A stretch of 64,000 nt of DNA from Felis catus (taxonomy: Eukaryota), in NCBI RefSeq assembly GCF_018350175.1, contig NC_058368.1, forward strand, positions 183,088,001-183,152,000, written 5' to 3'. Both the position numbers and the translations under genes were made by a program. Below, piece after piece: positions 12,859-26,513 of the stretch. Numbering within the stretch: position 1 is the stretch's first letter; each line of letters starts with the position of its first letter. The notes beneath the pieces were generated by a model. The model had not been told where the DNA came from. It saw only the letters and a program-made list of their open reading frames with translations, and ran no database searches.

Positions 12859-13952
12859 AATTATTCAGGTAATCAAAATAATAAAGTTGCTTATAAATTC
12901 CCTTATTCCCTTTAGTAACACTAGGATATTTAATGATATGCTTTTGTTGACTCTACTTGTTTTCTCCTTTTTTTGTGATCAGCACTGAGGCAGATCAAAA
13001 TTTTAATATTTTTAAAATGCAAATTTTAAATTTTCTTCATTTCTGCACTGTTTCTACATTTTATATGGCTGTATTCTTAACTATTATTTTTCTTTCTACT
13101 TATATTGCATTTAATTTATTTCCATGTTTCTGGCTTCTTAAGATGATCGTAAATTTCATACTTTCATTTTTTCTAATATAATCACTTCAAGGAACACATT
13201 TTCTCTAAGCACAGCTTTTGTTGAATTCCCCAGATTTTGAAATATAATTTTTTTCCATTCATGTTTTTATCTAATTTTATTTTTGCCTTATTCCTTGACC
13301 CAAAGGTGACTTAGGGACATTAGGAATTTAAAAATGTTAATTTAATTTCAAAATTTTGAGGATTTTTTTCAAATATTGTTCTGATATTGATTTTTCATGT
13401 AATTCTATTTTGATCAAAAGACATACTCTAGGTAAATATTTTAAAATTTATTGAAATATGCTGTATGGCATATAATACAGTCTGTTTTGTGGAAAATATA
13501 AAATGCATTTGGACAGAATATGCAATTTTTATATTGGTTAGATTAATCTATGTCAATTAGCTCAAGTTGTTTGATAATCTATCAAGTTAGCGGTTTAAAT
13601 ATAACTTTACTGATTTTCTGTCATCTTGATTTATTCATTTTAGAACGGTATTAAGTATTCAAAGCTGAGTATGAATTTGTGCTTTGGTTCTGTCAATTTC
13701 AGTTTTTTATATATTCTGAAGTTCATTTACTAGGCACATACAAATTTAAGAATACTATAAATTCTTAATAAATTATAAATTTAATCCTTAGTAAATATTC
13801 CTCTCTTTTGCTGGTAGAATGAATTGTCTTCAAGTCTACTTTTTCTGGCAATAATGTATGCACTTCAACTTTCTTATGATTAGTGTTCACATAGAATATG
13901 TATGTTTTCATCTTTTTACTTTGACCCCTTCAATTTAAATGTAATTTTCTTT

Positions 13953-14178
13953 GGGGCGCCTGGGTGGCTCAGTCAGTTAAGCATCCGACTTCAGCTCAGG
14001 TCATGATCTCACGGTCTGTGAGTTCAAGCCCCGTGTCGGGCTCTGTGCTGACAGCTCAGAGCCTGGAGCCTGCTTCGGATTCTGTGTCTAGCTCTGTCTC
14101 TTCCCCTCCCCTGCTCATGCTCCGTCTCTCTCTGTCTCAAAAATAAATAAAACATTAAAAAAATTCAAAAAAAAATAA
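13953..14178 (+). mobile_element. CanSINE (SINEC_Fc)
   Basis: Full-length with TSD TAAATGTAATTTTCTT. Confidence 0.96.
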
Positions 14179-14284
14179 TAAATGTAATTTTCTTCTATAA
14201 ATAGAATATAGTTGAATTTTAATTGTTTTTATTTAGTTTGGCAATTAATACTTTTAATTGGACTATTTTGTCAACTAGTACTAT

Positions 14285-14507
14285 TTTTAATTTTTTTTTT
14301 TACCAGTTATTTATTTTTGAGAGAGAGACAGAGTGTGAGCGGGGGAGGGACAGAGAGAGAGAGAGAAAGACACAGAATCTGAAGCAGGCTCCATCCAGGT
14401 TCCAAGCTGTCATCACACAGTCTAACACGGGGCTCGAACCCATGAACTGTGAGATCATGACCTGAGCCTAATTTGAACACTTAACCGAATGAGCCACCCA
14501 GGCATGC
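14285..14507 (-). mobile_element. CanSINE (SINEC_Fc)
   Basis: Reverse-complement SINE ending GAGCCACCCAGGCATGC. CTAGTA occurs on both flanks. Confidence 0.94.
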
Positions 14508-15133
14508 CTAGTATTTTGTATAATTATTGATAAGGTTGATTTTAAGTCTACCATCTGTTTTATTATATCTATTTGCTCCCTCTGTTCCTTTCTCTTGGTG
14601 TTCATTCTTTTAATCTCCTCTCTTGATTATTTTTTACACATTTTTCTTATACCTCTTTGACTTAATTTCTGTGTTTGCATTAATGATAAAAATATATTAA
14701 AGATTAATACTTACAACTTCACATATAATTTTAGAAGCTTCCAGCAATATAAATCCTTTTGTCACCACCTAGTCCTTTGTAATATTATTATGTATATTTA
14801 TTTTATATATGTTTTTTTTTTCTGGGTTTGGCGTCCAGTTCTGCCACTGATTTGTATGTTTTTTATTTTTTTAAATTCACATCCAAACTAGTTAGCATAT
14901 AAATTTTACATGTTTTACATCAAAACACTTTGTTAACAAAATGCATATAAATTCTGTAATAAATCTTTTTTATTTACTAATATATTTACAGTTTCGTATA
15001 TTCTTTATCTCTTCATGTAGACCTGAGGTTCCTTCTGATATCATTTTTACTCACCCTGGAGAATATTCTCTAATATATCCTTAACATATTTTCTCAGCTT
15101 TAGCTTATGTGAAAAAGTCTTTGTTTCACTGTC

Positions 15134-15334
15134 TTTTTTATATTTTTATTTTTTTTAATGTTTATTTATTTTGAGAGAGAGAGAGCACACATGATCAGGG
15201 GAAGGGCAGAGAGAGGGAAAGAGAAAATCTTAAGCTGACCCAGCACGGAGTTAGATCCCATGACCCTGAGATCATGACCTGAGCTGAAATCAAGAGTCAG
15301 ACACTCTCATCCGACTGAGCCACCCACACGCCCC
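15134..15334 (-). mobile_element. CanSINE
   Basis: GAGATCATGACCTGAGCTGAAATCAAGAGTC…GAGCCACCCACACGCCCC. Confidence 0.92.
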
Positions 15335-17495
15335 TCACCTTCATTTTTAAATGATATAATCAATAGGATTAGATTTCCACACTTTTTTCCTTGGTCCTTT
15401 AAAAATATAATTCCATTTTCTGCTGACTTACATTGTACTTGATAGGATGTCAGCAATTAGTTCCATTGTTTGCCTATAATTAACACTTTTTCATGCTCTG
15501 GTTGGTTCTGATATTTTTTCCTTGTCTTTGATTTTTGCAATGTGACTATCAGTAAGTTTTCCTTGAATCTATCAGTTTTATATTTTATCATGTTTGAAAA
15601 ATCGCTCTTCTTTCCTTCTGTTTCTTTAGTTACATATACATTAAGCAACATGAACTTTTCTCCCCTCAACTCACTACACACGTTTTTCTTGTTTTATTCT
15701 CTATTTGTGTTTTAGTTTGTTAAATTTCTTCTAATATGCCTTTAAGTCTGTTGAAGTTTTTTTTTTCCATCTTTACTGTCTAATCTTCAGTTGAGCTATA
15801 CTGAAAAATGTTCATTTCAGACATTTCAAATTTCAGTTTTTGAATACTCATTTGGTTCTGTATCATATTTTTCATTTCTCTATTGAGTTTTTCCATCTAT
15901 CTATCATTCATTTTGTACATATTTTCATTAAAGTATTCAACATTTTCATAATAGCTATTTCAAAGTTCTTGACTGCTGATACCAACTTATGTAGAATCTC
16001 TGCTGGTATTTCTCTTGACTTTTTTCTCAGAGTAATAGTTTTTGTTTGCTTGTTTTTTCTTAAGGAGAAAGGGAGACAGGGTATAGTTATTCTTTTTAGA
16101 GGTTTTCTCAATATTGTGACTACTACTTTTATGTCTGCCTAAATTGTGTTCTCTTACTTTAACAGTTGCTGAGTTGTATAGTTTTATCCTGTCACGGGTT
16201 CACTTTAATCTATGTTACAGTACATTGACATAAATTTACTGCTAAGGATTGACCTTGCTGTCAAACTACACAGGCATTCAGTGGAATCAACTGAATCCTG
16301 TGGAATCAACTGAATATTTGGTAAGTTCAGAAATGTTTCTCTAATTATTGATAGTAAAAATACCAATGTCTCCCAATATTATGGAATTTCAGGGAAAAAA
16401 AAATTCAGCTCAGATATTCAACAGTTGTTTTCTACAAAGTCTTAAGTGTTTTATCACATGCACATATTAGTATTTAGCTAAATACTCAAGTGGAATCTTA
16501 TGCAAATTTCTAAGACACCTTCTCTGCACAGATCCTTTGTGTCTAATACCCCAATTCACAAATTTCAGCCCCTGAGCAGCTCCAACTCTGACTTCTATTT
16601 TTTCCAGGCAGTGAGGCCTCTGGTTTATGTTTGAGTTTCATTTCTCTGTGTCACATTTTGGGAAGTGTCTTCATGTAAAAATCTGGAATGCAGGCTAAAC
16701 ACATCTTTTACATTTTTCTTTCTCAAAGATCTCTCCGCAAGCTTTCTACTATCCCAGATCTTAAAATTGTGGTCTCATATATTTTATCCAATTTTATGAA
16801 TTATGGAGGCAAATCTGATACCCATTACTCTATCATGGTTGAAATCATAAACCCACCCATGACATCTGAATAATTTTGACACTGTTTGTGTCATGAGATT
16901 TTTGACTAAAATAGTTACCTCTTTGACTGTTCAAGTTGTTCCTTAGTACTACTGCCTCTTTGAAAAAAAGCTCGGAGTTTCTGCTAAGGCATACTAAATG
17001 TACCTTTTTAAATGAATGAGATGCATCCAGTAACTTTTTACATGTGGGGAAAAATAGAAATTAAATTTCATTTATGAAGAATTTTCATTTAAAAACATTC
17101 CCTCAATCCAAAAGAATATGACCTCTCCTTTTTGATCACTATTTGGCAATGTCACATAATTTTACAGAAAGAATAATATGCAAAGAGTAAAACCTATAAG
17201 GGAACTAGCGTAACTAGTAGTGTTTCACTGCTGACTCCTTCAAACATATGAGCAAATTTATCAAATGTACTAAAAATATAGTGGTGTGTATGTATGTCTT
17301 TTGCTTGCATGGTGCCTATCAAAATTCAAGTCATTTATACTCATTAGCCAAATGATAGAAATAAAGTCAAGAGTTCACACTGTTGGAATAATATTCATTT
17401 TTATAATAGATGAATCATTCCTCATCTCAAGTCTCAGTGCCTACTTGGCAAGAATTTAGAGGATATGAGTGAAAGATGGAGCAAGTGTCACAATT

Positions 17496-17497
<2 letters not shown>

Positions 17498-17541
<44 letters not shown>

Positions 17542-18079
17542 TTATTATCAAATTGGCTAACATACAGTTTGTAAAGTGTGCTCTTGGTTTTTGGGGTAGA
17601 TTCCCGTGATTCATCGCTTACATACAATGCCCAGTGCTCATCCCAACAAGTGCCTTCCTCAATGCCCATCAACCATTTTCCCCTCCCCAATCCCTCCATC
17701 AACCCCCAGGTTGTTCTCTGTATTTAAGAGCCTCATGCTTTGCTTCTCTCCCTCTCTGTTTGTAACTATTGTTTTATCCCCCTACCATTCCTCCAGGGTC
17801 TTCTGTTAAGCTTCTCAAGATCTACATATGAGTGAAAACATATGATATGTATTTCTCTGAGTGACTTATTTCACTTAGCATAATACATAAAGAACTTGAT
17901 AGTTACCAAACTCAACAACCGAAAAACAAATAATCTAGTGAAGAAATGGGAAGAAGACATGAATAGACATTTTTCCAAAGAAGATATGTAAATGGCCAAT
18001 AGACACATGAAAAGATGCTCAACGTCACTCATCATCAGGGAAATACAAATCAAAACCACACTGAGATACCACCTCACAC
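17498..18079 (-). mobile_element. 5'-truncated L1 with a 5' inversion (twin-priming structure)
   Basis: 17539-17885 is an L1 3' end on the minus strand and 17886-18079 is an ORF2 segment on the plus strand. CACAATTCA flanks it at 17489-17497 and 18077-18085. Confidence 0.85.
17499..17539. repeat. (AC)n microsatellite
   Basis: Read directly from the sequence. Confidence 0.98.
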
Positions 18080-18199
18080 AATTCACTTCTAAGTATTGTG
18101 TAACACTAAGGAAATAGACCCAATCTTGAAAGGGGGGATTAAATCAAATCAAGAATCAGAGAGCCTATACATGAGAGCTACAGAAAATGTAAAAATGTT

Positions 18200-18430
18200 A
18201 ATAATATAATTCAGTCCCTTCATTTTACGAAGGGGAAAACTAGTTTCAGAGAGCACAGAATGGAAGGAACAGGAACTTGGACTGAGATAGATCTAGCATT
18301 GAATGTTTACTACTTAATAGCTCTGATATGAGACAAATCAATGAATAACTTTGAAATTTGGTTTCCTCATCTCTACAATGGGTAAGGCAACGTTAAATTT
18401 ACCAAATAATTATGAAGAATACCATTCAAA
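18200..18430. mobile_element. MIR fragments in both orientations
   Basis: CATTTTACAGAAGGGGAAAACT (minus) and GTTTCCTCATCTCTACAATGGG (plus). Confidence 0.55.
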
Positions 18431-20779
18431 TACTTGCAATTTACCTGAACAGAGTTCAGATTTTTAAAAATTGTATTTTCTTTCTATTGGATTTGCCCAA
18501 AGACACATCATAAGCAATTGACAACTCTATAGCCAGCCCAGTGTTCTTTATATACAGACACTGTACTTCACAATGGATCAATATTTGCACATATTTAGCA
18601 ACTCCCCTATAGAACACATAAACAAGTTATACACTTAATATTTTGTATGTGTATGACAAAAATAAGTCATTATACAGTGAAGCTGTAAAAAAGTTTGTTG
18701 TAAGGAAAATTTCAAGTATTTTTCAAAGGACCTACTGCTACTTTGATAATATTTTTTTCATGTCTGATTAATGAGAAACTTTTTGAAACAATTTAATCTA
18801 TCCAGGGATGTGAATGCTAGCTTCCATTTTTCAAGCCTGATTACAGAAGAACTTCTAAAGCAGTTTAATCTGTTCAGGGATGCTAAACAAATATGTCAAC
18901 ATTCATTTTGCATTTATGTCTGCAGCAGTTAAAGGAAGAAATGTGGAAATAAACAGAATTTAGAATTTACTCTCTCACTTTTTTTAAGAACTAAGAGACT
19001 CTAGTGCATTTCATTTTTTTATAGAGGATTCAAACTCCTAACTGAGATAAATGTATTTCAGATTGAAGTTTTTAGTAGCTTTACCAACCAGTTTATGGGT
19101 TGGCACTCTGCCACAAAGTGATCTATAACCTTATAGCTCACTATTATGCAAATAAAAATTTGGCAAGAAGACATGTGTTCTAAGATTTTCTCTAAGGACA
19201 ATCACATATTTCAAATTTTGAGTACAAAATTATGTTTGACATTAAATTTGAACTTGGCTTACCCTTAAAAATAAATAATATAAAATCTGTCCTGTAGTAC
19301 TTTGGTTGAAACAAGTGGATTTCTTCTTTCTCGATATTTTAGGTTTATATCTTCAGTAAGTATTACATATAATGTGCAGTATATATGTATATGCTATATA
19401 GGGATAGCATATATACGTATTCAGAAGCTTCTCTTGGTCTTAGGAGACCCATAAAACATTGTTCCAATGAAAACATGGCATATTAGAAAATATAATTTAC
19501 ATCAGTAAACATATTCCATGTTTTTGAAATTCATACATCTAATCATAATTAATTCTATAAAATGGGGCTGACAACTTCACATGCATTCAACCAAAGTGTA
19601 CAGGAATTAATACTGGAGGGTGAAAGATAAAATATAACCAGGATTGAATGTGAGTTATTAATCTGAGAAAAGTCAGTTTGGGAAGGGAAAGTTTTTCTTT
19701 TAATCTTCTTACATTTAGCAAATAGGGGCCAGTGCCACAGCTGTGGTAGACATTTCTCATCATCTTCCATCTTCTGAGCTACTCTGATGCAGATACAGCC
19801 CATTTTCAAAGCTCAAAGGTGCCAAATCAAGATGAACAATAGTTTTAATATCTGAAATTATGCTGAATACTTTGACTATTCACAGTTTTCCTAACAATCA
19901 AGTAAGTGCCCGACAGACTTCATTTCGATGTGCTGGGTCAATCAGCACACACATTAAGCAAGGTGTATTAGTTAAAATTCATTGCAAGTTGATAGTTTGT
20001 TTTGCATTGCATTGGAATTTCTGATACCAAAATAAATTGCATAATGGATCACCTCCAAAGAATCCATTGACTTTGTAATGGAGAATAATGGAATATACAA
20101 TATATAAAGTAAAATATCTCATATTTTAGCCTTATGCTAAGTGAAAATAGCAGATGCAGGTGGACCCATGTTTATGAGAGTGTTTTCTTAATGTGTTGGG
20201 AGGAAAACTTACACACATTGTGACACGTTATTTCGTCTCAAGACTGCCACGCACCAAGTAAGATTCACCGTATTGCCAATTTCCTTGTATTTTCACTCAC
20301 TAAGGCAGTGGAGGTAAGCACCATGTGAAGGCTTAACATTTGGCATTGTTTAAATGATTTCAAAAAGATACATATGTAGGTAGATAATATTATGATCTAT
20401 ATAGATATCATTAGCACAATGCAGTAAGGAGAGCCACCAAAATTTCTTGGAATTCCAATTTGTTTACTGTCTAATGTTTGACTTTAGGCAAATCAGATCA
20501 TCTCACCAAGCCTCACTTGTCATGATTGCGAAGTGTAAATATCAATTCATATCTGGAAGGATTTCATAAAAAATAGAGATAGATGTAAGAAACAGAGTTC
20601 AGCACTCACTCTCTTTGTAATATTCAATATCTGGTAAATAATATATTACTATAAAATTTGCTAGGCCTCCACTGAGCAATGTGGCACAAAGACTGATGAA
20701 AATAACTGTATAAACCAAAATATTTGCAACACTTCTCTTTTCCTTTCTCATGCACCTATTAATCTCTCTCACACATGCA

Positions 20780-21850
20780 TAAATATATCCAGAATATACA
20801 AAGAACTCCTAAAATTCAAAAGAATACAAACAACTGATCCAGTGAAAGTATGGAATTTTATACGAGCAAGAAATTTATAAAGGAAGAAATAGAATGACTA
20901 ATAAGTGATCAGAAAAATGTAATTAAAACAATGAAATATCTGTAACAATGAAAATATCTAATGCTGAAGAAGATGTAGTGGAATGAATTCTCACATATAC
21001 TTGTAAGCCAATATTTGGGTATCTATAAACATTTTTAAAGTATATTCACCTTTTCTCAGCAATTCTGCATGTAGATTTCTAATAAAGATACACTCACATG
21101 TTAGTCAAGGGAAATGATGTTCACTGTTCTTATTATTTATATAAAAAAAGGAAATATTCTAAATTCCATGAATAGAATCATGCTTTAATAAATTGTTGTC
21201 TATAATGGGGCGCCCGGGTGGCTCAGTCGGTTGAGTGTCCGACTTCTGCTCAGGTCATGATCTCACGGTCTGTGAATGTGAGCCCTGCGTCGGGCTCTGT
21301 GCTGACATCTCAGAGCCTGGAGCCTGTTTCGGATTCTATGTCTCCCTCTCTCTGATCCTTCCCCACTCATGCTCTGTCTCTCTCTGTCTCAAAGAAATAA
21401 ATAAAGGTTAAAAATTAAAACTAAATAAATAAATAAATAAATAAATTGTTGTCTATAATGTGGAAGGCATTCATACGTTTGATGATTTACATTATAAGTA
21501 GACCTATTAATTTAGCTATTGGTATCTATAGAATTTCTTCACAAGGTAATTTAAGCTGAAAAAAAAAGTATAATACCGTTGTTCAAAAGTATTGATGGAA
21601 ACACACACACACAGATTCACACATACCCACACAAAAACACATACGAAACTGTACATTTCTGTAAGCAAATTTCTAGAAATGCATTGTAAAAATGAACAGT
21701 TTTAGATGGAAAATGTAAGAAATGCACAAGAAAATAAATCTAACCCTTGTGAAGGGAAGTAGCAGAGCTGTGGGATGAAGACAGAATTACATTTTTTACT
21801 CTAATCATCTTTATAGTGTTAAAAGAATACTGAGTAATACTTTGGGACTT
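20780..21850 (+). mobile_element. Degenerate L1ME 3' fragment with a nested SINE
   Basis: Contains ATATCCAGAATATACAAAGAACTCCTAAAATTCAA and CTCAGCAATTC motifs. Confidence 0.6.
21207..21439 (+). mobile_element. CanSINE (SINEC_Fc)
   Basis: Full-length with TSD AATAAATTGTTGTCTATAAT. Confidence 0.96.
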
Positions 21851-22188
21851 TTAAAAAACAGACTACATCCTTCTGAAACTTTGCTGCAATGTTGAGAGGA
21901 AACAGGCTATAGCTGGGAGTTCTAAAGATTATATTGAGCTCAAATTAGATCTCAAATTTGAACATGTGTTAGAAATTCAAATCAATTATAAAAAATATTT
22001 CATCTAAAAGTATATGAATCCTCAAAATGTCATAATATTAATAATATAATTGGCCATTTTGAATTATACATTACATTGTATGGCTTTGAGAATTCCTATC
22101 AAGGGTTAACTGCACAGATTTATAATGGTAAGATATGACAAGTGGAGTGTAACATCAACATATTAACTCTTTAATACTAGTCAGTTTC

Positions 22189-22407
22189 TTTTTCTTTTTA
22201 AGATTTTTTTAACATTTATTTATTTTTGAGAGAGAGAGAGAAAAAGCAGGTGAGGGGCAGAGAGAAAGGGAGACACAGAATCTGAAGCAGGCTCCAGGCT
22301 CTGACCTGTCAGCACAGAGCCCAACACAGGGCTTGAACTCACAGACTGTAAGATCATCACCTGAGCTGAAGGTGGACCCTTCATGGACTGAGCCACCCAG
22401 GCACCCC
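22189..22407 (-). mobile_element. CanSINE (SINEC_Fc)
   Basis: Full-length with a degenerate TSD AATACTA…TCAGTTTC. Confidence 0.95.
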
Positions 22408-24261
22408 AATACTACTCAGTTTCAAGTTTAACAGAATTGTGCAAAATACAATATCTAAGCCACTATCCATCTGATCTTACTCACCAGGGTCCATGATTAC
22501 AGATCTGTTACCTTAGAACCACAGGCTAATATAACACAACTTTACAGTACATCTCAAAGTTTCTCAGAAAAGTGTGCTGCTTTAATCATGTGCTTTTTCA
22601 AGTTGCAACTTATCTGGAGGGGGGAAAAAAAGTTGGGTTATGCATTCACTACCCAGTCCTGCATAATAAGGAAAATGTTAATTATCTAACAGCATGTTCA
22701 CATTTTCTACTAGTTGGCAAGTATAGAATTTGGCTGCTATCACTTCTCCAATAGGTATTGAAGTTTTACACATTTGTTATCAGCACAGAATTTGCCTTGT
22801 CTAGTTGTACTGCCTACATATTCTTCTGTTCCAGGAGTCATTTAAGCATATAATAAATTGAGTTTCAATGAGCTGGAACCTCCCGCTTCAACCGATTTTT
22901 CAGCAAATTATTTTCCAGCTGTAGCTTCAGCAGGAGTTTTTCCCACTCCTGAAAAGATGGCTGTAATGGCCACATATTTTATATGCCAATTCTAAAATCA
23001 TTTTAATCGGCTAGTTACTATGCATTAAGTCAGTGATGAGCACATTTAAAAAGGGTTCAAATCACTCTATGGATATGGCAAGTGTCTTTAATAGACTTCA
23101 TGTTTTGGCACCAAAGCCTGATATGACAAAAAACAAGGCCAATACATTTGTGGTTTTGCCACAGAGCAGGAAAAATGTTTTGCTATTTATAGCATACCTT
23201 CTGCATATCCATGTTCCAACAAATATCACTGGAGTATGAAGCCAGTATTGATGTTTGAGGATCAGAGAGCCCCAAACTTTGACTCTAGCTTAATCACTTG
23301 CATCTGTTCCCATTTAAACTCAAGTTCTCTCTTGAAGCAAATAGATATGAAAGGTATTCAAATGAACCAGACTGAGATGGACCTTGTGTTGTGGATCACT
23401 GATTTATCCCATTTGGGATTCTATACATACTTGGCAGTAGCCTAATTGGAGATAGAGATAAAGTTTTCCCCACCTTGTGCAACCATAAGGAATGGCAGAG
23501 AACACTGCAGTTAGAAATAAAATAGAGTGTGCTTCAAAAAGTTTGCAGGCCTATTGAAAAAAGTCACAAATAAGTTATATTTCAGGCAGGGAGTTTGAAG
23601 AAAGCTGCACTCACAAACTGGCAAACCCAAGACACCGAAAGGAAAACTAATCAGATGCGATGGTTGGGATTTTTCTGGGGCTGTGCTTTAATTTTCAATG
23701 AGATGCTTCAGAGTTTTCTAAGAACTCCAGATACCATGTAGGGCTGCCATCTCTGTTCTAAAAGGGAATGTGTCCACAGAATGGGTGCGATTGTGAAGCT
23801 CTGAACATTAGCAATTTATGTGACCTTACACAAATACCATACCAACCCTGAGTCAACAGTTCCTTATGCGAAAATAGGAGTACTGAATTAAATGGCCTCA
23901 AGTTGCTTTCCAGCTCTATAATTTTTATCTTTTCTTTTGGAAGGAGGGTCACTGCATTGCTAGTTATCTTGTTCAAGTTCACACAACTAATAAACTGTAT
24001 AAACAGGGTTTATCCAGGACGTTATTGTTGTTTTTGCTTCTTGTTTAATGCTACCAAAGCCTGTGTTCTTAACCAACAGGAAACACTACTTTCCATGGCA
24101 ATGTTCGTTGTTCTGAAGGAGTACATTGCCTAGGTTCCTAGGGAGAAGAACCTGTAAATAGATACATTTCCATAAAACAAAGGCTTTAAACAAATTGTCT
24201 TTCTACTGTAATCATCCTTGTATTTCATCTTTTTGAAGTATACTTCAAATGGTGCTTTTTA

Positions 24262-24438
24262 AAAATAATTTTTATGTTTGAGAGAGAGAGAATATGTGGG
24301 TGCACTCAAGCGGGGGGGGGGATCCCAAGCAGGCTCCGCACAGCTGGACGTGGGGCTTGATCTCATGAACTGTGAGAGTGTGACCTGAGACAAAATCAAG
24401 AATTGGAAGCTTAACTGACTGAGCCACCCAGGCATCCC
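24262..24438 (-). mobile_element. CanSINE, internally deleted
   Basis: Head intact. The CT-rich region is shortened to a G-run on the plus strand. Confidence 0.9.
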
Positions 24439-25169
24439 ATAAATGGCACTGTTTTAATTATTTTGTTCTGTCATTCTTCACCCCATTGCCTAAATTGTAT
24501 TATTTTGTTTGTTCTACATTGCTTTTTTTTTTTTCCCCTGATTGGAATATCATGTTGACTAGCTACATATACGGACCACAAATATTATGTTTTCATTATT
24601 TGTGGAATTTATTTGCTTTACTTGGTCTGTATGAAGTAAGTATTAATAAGAGGGTCAATCAAAATCCTTTAATGTAACTAACTGAATTCCTTTTTCTCAG
24701 CTTGTTCAACTCACATCTCTAATTCAGTTGGTAAATACACTGAGTGATCACAATGTCAACATTTGGTTACTATTTAACTGACCATTCAGCAGGCCGTTTT
24801 CATCCCCCATGTGGGCACATACCTTATTATTTTTGTTAGGGCTCTGTTTCCTCCAGCACTTAGTATGGGGCTCAGTAAGTACTTAGTGAATACTGACAAA
24901 ATTAAGGTTGAATTTAATTTCCTACCAATATTCTCTTCCAGTACTTTTACCTGTTCTCCATTTCAAAAAACTAGAAAGAAGTGAATATCCTTAGAGTCAC
25001 CAAGTGAAAATGATAGAAATGGCTTTACATACTCTATTTTTGTAGTAAATAAACTGGTAGGTTGGAGAACATGCTTAAAACAGAAGCTAACTTCAATTTC
25101 TACTATATTTCACCCATTAAGAAATCTGTTCAGTAGGCTCCTCTACAATCAGAATAATCATTCAATAAT

Positions 25170-25955
25170 ATAAATCACATCACACTAAATGAATACTTAA
25201 AAGCTTCCAATGGCACATCAGTGTAACTAATATAAAATCTAAACTCCACAGAATCACAATCTGGGCCCTAACATACCTGTTTCAAATGATCTGAGATGCC
25301 AACACTTTTCATCTTCACTCCCTATTCTCCAGACACACACTAACCTTCTTTACATTCTTAATTATAAAAAGCTTAAATCCACATATGTCCTGAAACTAGC
25401 TCTCCTCTGGGCTTGAAATGTTCTTTCCCCAAGTCTTTCAGTGGCTAGCTTCTTATTATACTCTAATCAGCCTAAATACCACCTCCTCAGAGAAACTCTC
25501 TCTGATCACCCAGTCACTAACTGTCTTATAAACCTATGTTAAACCTCATTATAAAATGTAAAATGATCTTTGTAGGGTATTTAATGATTTTCTGTTTGTT
25601 TGTTTCTCTCTCCCTCACCAGAATATAAATTTTGTTTTTGTAAGTAGTAGAAAAAGTGACTAAAGTCATGGGTTGGAGTCAGACTTCTGTGATTGGAATG
25701 CAGACACCAACAATTCCTAGATGAATTACTTTGGGCAAGTCCATTCCCTTCCTTAAAATTCAGCACTCCTGCATTAAAAAAAAAAAAAATGGCATAAAGA
25801 TAACATTACCTCATAAAGTTGTTGCAAGGATAGGATGAGACAATGCAAAGTCTCAATAGTATTATTATTATTCCCCACCCTATGCGACCCTATACCCTGT
25901 AACAGTGCATAAGGCCTTATAAGTTGATATTTACTGAAAGAATAATGAGTGAATA
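25170..25955 (+). mobile_element. L2 3' fragment with a nested MIR (about 25645-25860)
   Basis: L2-like CTTCCAATGGC…ATAAAATCTAAACTCC and CACCTCCTCAGAGA. MIR-like ACTTTGGGCAAGT. Confidence 0.6.
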
Positions 25956-26374
25956 CAATAACATTACTGTGAAAATTGTTAAAAATTAAACTCTTCTTCC
26001 TTGGTTCTTTCTGTTTCCTGTCACATTCTCTCCCATCCACTCAGTGGTTTTTCTCCATCATTTTTCTCCCCTCCTTCTTTTATCTTACCCACTCTCATTA
26101 TCTTTTGCACTTCAACACACTCATGATTCTCCCATCTGAAAAAAAAAAAAAAAGGATACTCCCTATGTACCCCTTTCCTTTTTTTATGGCTTTGAAGAAG
26201 CAGTTAAACTTGTCTCCATTCATTCCTAAACCTATTACATTATGGCTTCTATCTCATTACTTTCCCGGGATTGCTGCTGACAAGGCCACCAGAAAATTTC
26301 TCTGTTCTTAAGTCTACTAGACAATTTCTAATCTTTATCTTACTTACTTATCAGGGGCAGTTTACTCTTTAGAT

Positions 26375-26513
26375 AATGCATAGGCACTGAAGCCAGAGAG
26401 ATCGGAATTAAATTGTGCTTCACACATTAAAGAATTTTGAGGCCTTGGGCAAGTTACTTAATCCTGAGCTTTAATCTCCTCAAATGCAAAATGATAATGA
26501 AACTAATCTACCT
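26375..26513 (+). mobile_element. MIR
   Basis: CCTTGGGCAAGTTACTTAATCCTGAGC. Confidence 0.7.

Larger units (their letters stand above)
11815..16855 (-). mobile_element. Ancient L1M (L1MC/MD-like) element, internally deleted, hosting four SINEs
   Basis: 3'UTR-like sequence at 11815-12330 is followed by an antisense ORF2 remnant (ORF 12350-12622 …VSFMNIHVKIPKILA). T-rich antisense ORF2/ORF1 and a 5' region continue to about 16850. Confidence 0.7.
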
